A stretch of DNA of 64,000 nt from Eledone cirrhosa. Taxonomy: Eukaryota. Position numbers and translations under genes: made by a program. The first letter of the stretch is position 1. Each line of letters starts with the position of its first letter. The notes under the pieces were generated by a model. The model was given only the letters and a program-made list of their open reading frames with translations. It did no database searches and was not told the origin of the DNA. Shown here piece by piece: positions 60,720 through 64,000 of this stretch. The stretch spans positions 297,600,001-297,664,000 of the forward strand of contig OZ024740.1 of NCBI GenBank assembly GCA_964016885.1, read 5' to 3'.

Positions 60720-63700
60720 GACAGATAGATAGATAGATATGTTTTTTTATTAGCCACAGGGGCACAAAAGAAGGGGACAAATACAAAGGGGGAAGTTTAC
60801 ATACAATAAAAACGGGTAAAATGTTATCACAAATGTAATTTAAAAAGTTAGTCGATTTTCCCCAATAGGAGGAGACAGTTTATATGGGTAACACATACCC
60901 CCGAAAAAAATGTGCAACCCTCATCTCCAGGAGTACGAAGAGTTTGTACTCCTTTCCTCTCCTCCTCCTTTTCCTCAACCTACAGGCTGATATAGAGAGA
61001 AGGCCCATTCACTCGGGCCATTCTCGCCACTTTCACCCACCTTTCATAAAACTTGCTGGGGTACAGCACCTCTCTCTCCATCCTGATTCTTCTTCCAAAG
61101 TGGTATTTGAAAATAAGAATCAGTTGTTGGCCGGAGAGAAAGGTGTCTGACCTCAGCCCTTTCAACCTTGTCCACCATACAACCTCTTTCGCCATAGCTA
61201 TCACACAAAGGAAAACCGCCTCTCCTTCGTTTTTGAAGGAGGGTGGCGGTTTGATCATGACAATGGACTCGGTGGTCAACCGGATTGGTCCCACCCGCGA
61301 CAATAGTCGTTCTACATAGCCCCACAGGTCAGTGACGCCCGGGCACTGTATGAATGCATGCGCGACGGTTTCTTCGTCTCGCACGCACCTCGGACAGATC
61401 TTTTTTGCAGGGTCCCTGCCCGGGCGCCCATGTCTGTAGAGCTTGTCTCGAACTGGTAGAGCTCCTCGGTAGCACTGCCAGGCCAGGGACTTTTGGAAGT
61501 TGTCCATCGGTCCCGGGCAGAAGGTCCTACCGAACAGACTGGCCAGTTCATCTTCCTCTACGCCTAGAGTTTCACCGAATTGTGTCGTCGCACTTGCTGC
61601 GGATCAACCCTCTATAGAATGACGAAGTGAAGTCTCCACTGATCGCCGGGTCCGCTTGTCAGAGGGCTGTGAGCGCCTGAGCACATTCGATGTGCCAGTC
61701 GCCCATTTTCCTCGGTCTTTGCTTGACCCAGGACTGCAGCTCGGTCAGCGAGACGAGTTGTGGGAAGGCTCGCCTCATGAACGGGGCCCACGCCGGTTGT
61801 CCGGTGAGGAATACGTAGAGATGTCGCAGCCTGAGCGCGTGTTTGCGCATCGTCAACCACCGCATCCCCAGCCCTCCGTTAGAAGGGTGTTGGCAGCAGA
61901 TGGATCTTCTCACCAAAGGAGCCCGCCTCTTCCAAAGGAATCGGAAGAGCGCCCGTTCCATTTTGGCGAGCGTTTTGGCTGGACAAGGCACGACGGTCAA
62001 GCGGTAGTAGATGGCGGACGCTATAAAAGTGTTCGCCACCTCCACTCGACCTTTCAAGGATAGTTTGCACTCGGCCCACTTCTGGGTGTGTGCAAACACC
62101 TTGGCCGTCACTTCGTTCCAGTTCTTCTCCACCTGGAGGTCCGGACCAAACCAGACCCCGAGCAGCTTTACCGGTCCTTCCGTCCAGCGTCCGACGACGC
62201 CATCGGAAGGCATCGGTTTGCCTCTCCACGATCCGAGTTGCAAACCGATGGACTTGTCCCGGTTCAGCTTCGCTCCTGTGAAACTTTCGTATTCCTTCAG
62301 TAAGGTGCCAACTTCCTCGATTTGCGAGGCGCTCGACACCATCACTGTCACGTCGTCGGCGTAGGCCGACGCCGCTTTCCGCAGTCCCGGTTCCAGAGGG
62401 ATGCCCTGCAATAGCTCCAACTTCCGCAGTAGTGGCTCGAGAGTCAGTACGTACAGAAGGGAGGAGAGAGGGCATCCCTGTCGAATGGATCGCGTAATAT
62501 GGAACGGCTCCGAGAGGTAGCCGTTCACCTTGACCCTTGAGCAGATGTTGCTGTTGTGCATTGCAGCAATCCAGCCCCTGAACACGGGTCCGAAGCCTGC
62601 CGCCTCGAGCACCGCATCCAGGTAACGATGGTCAACCCTATCGAAAGCCTTAGACTGATCCAAGTTGATCAGGGCCCCATCTAAGCCGGGTTTACACCCT
62701 ACCCTCTCTATGATGTATCGCATGAGGTGGAGGTTGTCGTGTATGGACCTGGTCGGGATTGCGCATGTCTGCGCTTCTCCCACCAGGTTCTCGACGACAA
62801 GCGCCAGAATCTTTGCCAACACCTTGGCCAAAATCTGTAACTCTGTGTTTAGCAGAGTTATGGGCCGGAAGTTGCCTATGTCATCCCCCTTATTCTCGTC
62901 CTTCCTGATTAGTGTGACCACGCCCCCGGTTACAGAACTGGGAATTCTCCCGTTCTGTTGCCAGTTGCAGTAGACCGCTTCCAGGAGACCGGAGAATAAG
63001 TCCAGCATTACTACGTAAAATTCGTAGGGTAGACCGTCGAGACCTAGAGATTTGCGTTTGCCGCATTGGCTCAGCGCGTCCCCTATCTCAGCGGCTGAAA
63101 TCGGCTTTTCGCAGAACTTTGCCTCGCTGTCCGAGAGTCGCGGTAGGCTGTCGAGGTATGGACCGAAATCCATAGCCCCTCCCGGCCCCCCCCCCCCCCC
63201 CCCCCGAACAGTTGAGCAAAGTGCCGATGAAAGGCCGCACACATCTGCTTCGGCTCACGTATCACGCGTCCGTTTTGGTCCTTCAAAGACCGAATCGTGG
63301 ACTTGTTGCCACTTTTTGCCTCCGTCACTCGGGCCCAGCTAACAGCTTTGGCTCCCTCGTTTCCCAGAGCACGTATTTTGCTTCTGACAACGCAGCCCTC
63401 GTGCTTTGCGTCGAAGAACTGGTCCAAGGCCGTTCTCGTTGCTAGCACGCTGGCTACGTTGCCACTTCTAATTGCCTCTTCTACTTTATCTACCAGTTCC
63501 TTCTCGGTTCTATTTCTATCTAACGCTAATTCTTTACTAAAAACTATCGAGTCTAATCTAACTGCCCTCTTGAGAGAGTACCACCATCTGTTGTTGACAA
63601 TGGCCCCTGTCAAGTGCTGTTTAACTAAAGTGCTAATCCGTCTACTGTAGGCTTTGCTTGTCGGTAACGACAAGTTCAGCTTCCAGTAGCCGGGTCCTTG

Positions 63701-64000
63701 TTTATGGGTTCTATCAAGGTTGGCCATGCAGGTCACTAGTTTGTGATCTGAATAGGCAACCATGAACATTTATGGACAGCTTAATATGTCCCTATCCTTA
63801 TTTCTAACTAGAACCCTATCTAGGTACGATCTAGATGTTCCGCTACGATTACTCCACGTCCACAGTGGCGCAGTCGAAAAATCTAGCCGATATCTATCGG
63901 CCAGGTCAAATCGGTCGATTAACTGTTTGAGGCTGTTACACACCCCTTTATCGGGACATGCTCCCACATAGTCCCAACGTGCATCTAGGATTCCATTCCA
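60720..64000 (-). mobile_element. Tx1/L1-clade non-LTR retrotransposon ORF2 (APE endonuclease, RT, zf-RVT) plus 3' UTR; frameshifted and cut by the window end
   Basis: ORF pieces 63770-63967 (SYLDRVLV), 63083-63769 (SDHK, GYWKLN), 61659-63242 (FRPITLLN, LDQSKAFDRVDH, QGCPLS, AYADD) and 60980-61507 (CPRC..EETVAHAFIQC); AATAAA and (TCTA)n tail near 60720-60751; GC-rich relative to flanks. Confidence 0.95.

Noticed and set aside
61656-63650. Several + strand ORFs overlapping the LINE
   Set aside because: Antisense shadow ORFs of GC-rich RT coding sequence

Overview
AT-rich, microsatellite-saturated animal genomic DNA. The tRNA-derived SINE families and very high (TA)n/(CA)n content suggest a coleoid cephalopod such as Octopus; this is an inference from repeat content only. 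The window holds the 3' part of one minus-strand gene, reconstructed as 15 GT-AG exons between 60674 and 15151, with every junction in phase 1. It encodes at least 11 tandem EGF/cbEGF modules followed by three atypical chitin-binding type-2 (peritrophin-A/CBM14) modules, about 644 aa within the window; the 5' end lies beyond 64000. The introns are filled with transposon debris: Deu/Nin-domain SINEs, a young frameshifted Tx1/L1-clade LINE, fragments of RTE, R4-like, CRE-like, mariner and Penelope-like elements (PLEs), and MITEs. More than 15 minimal type-I hammerhead ribozyme motifs from about 10 sequence families occur in PLE-terminal-repeat-like fragments, which mostly sit in (TA)n tracts and often form inverted duplications. 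One family carries a fixed non-canonical core (CAGAAGA) and another shows a compensatory stem-II change.
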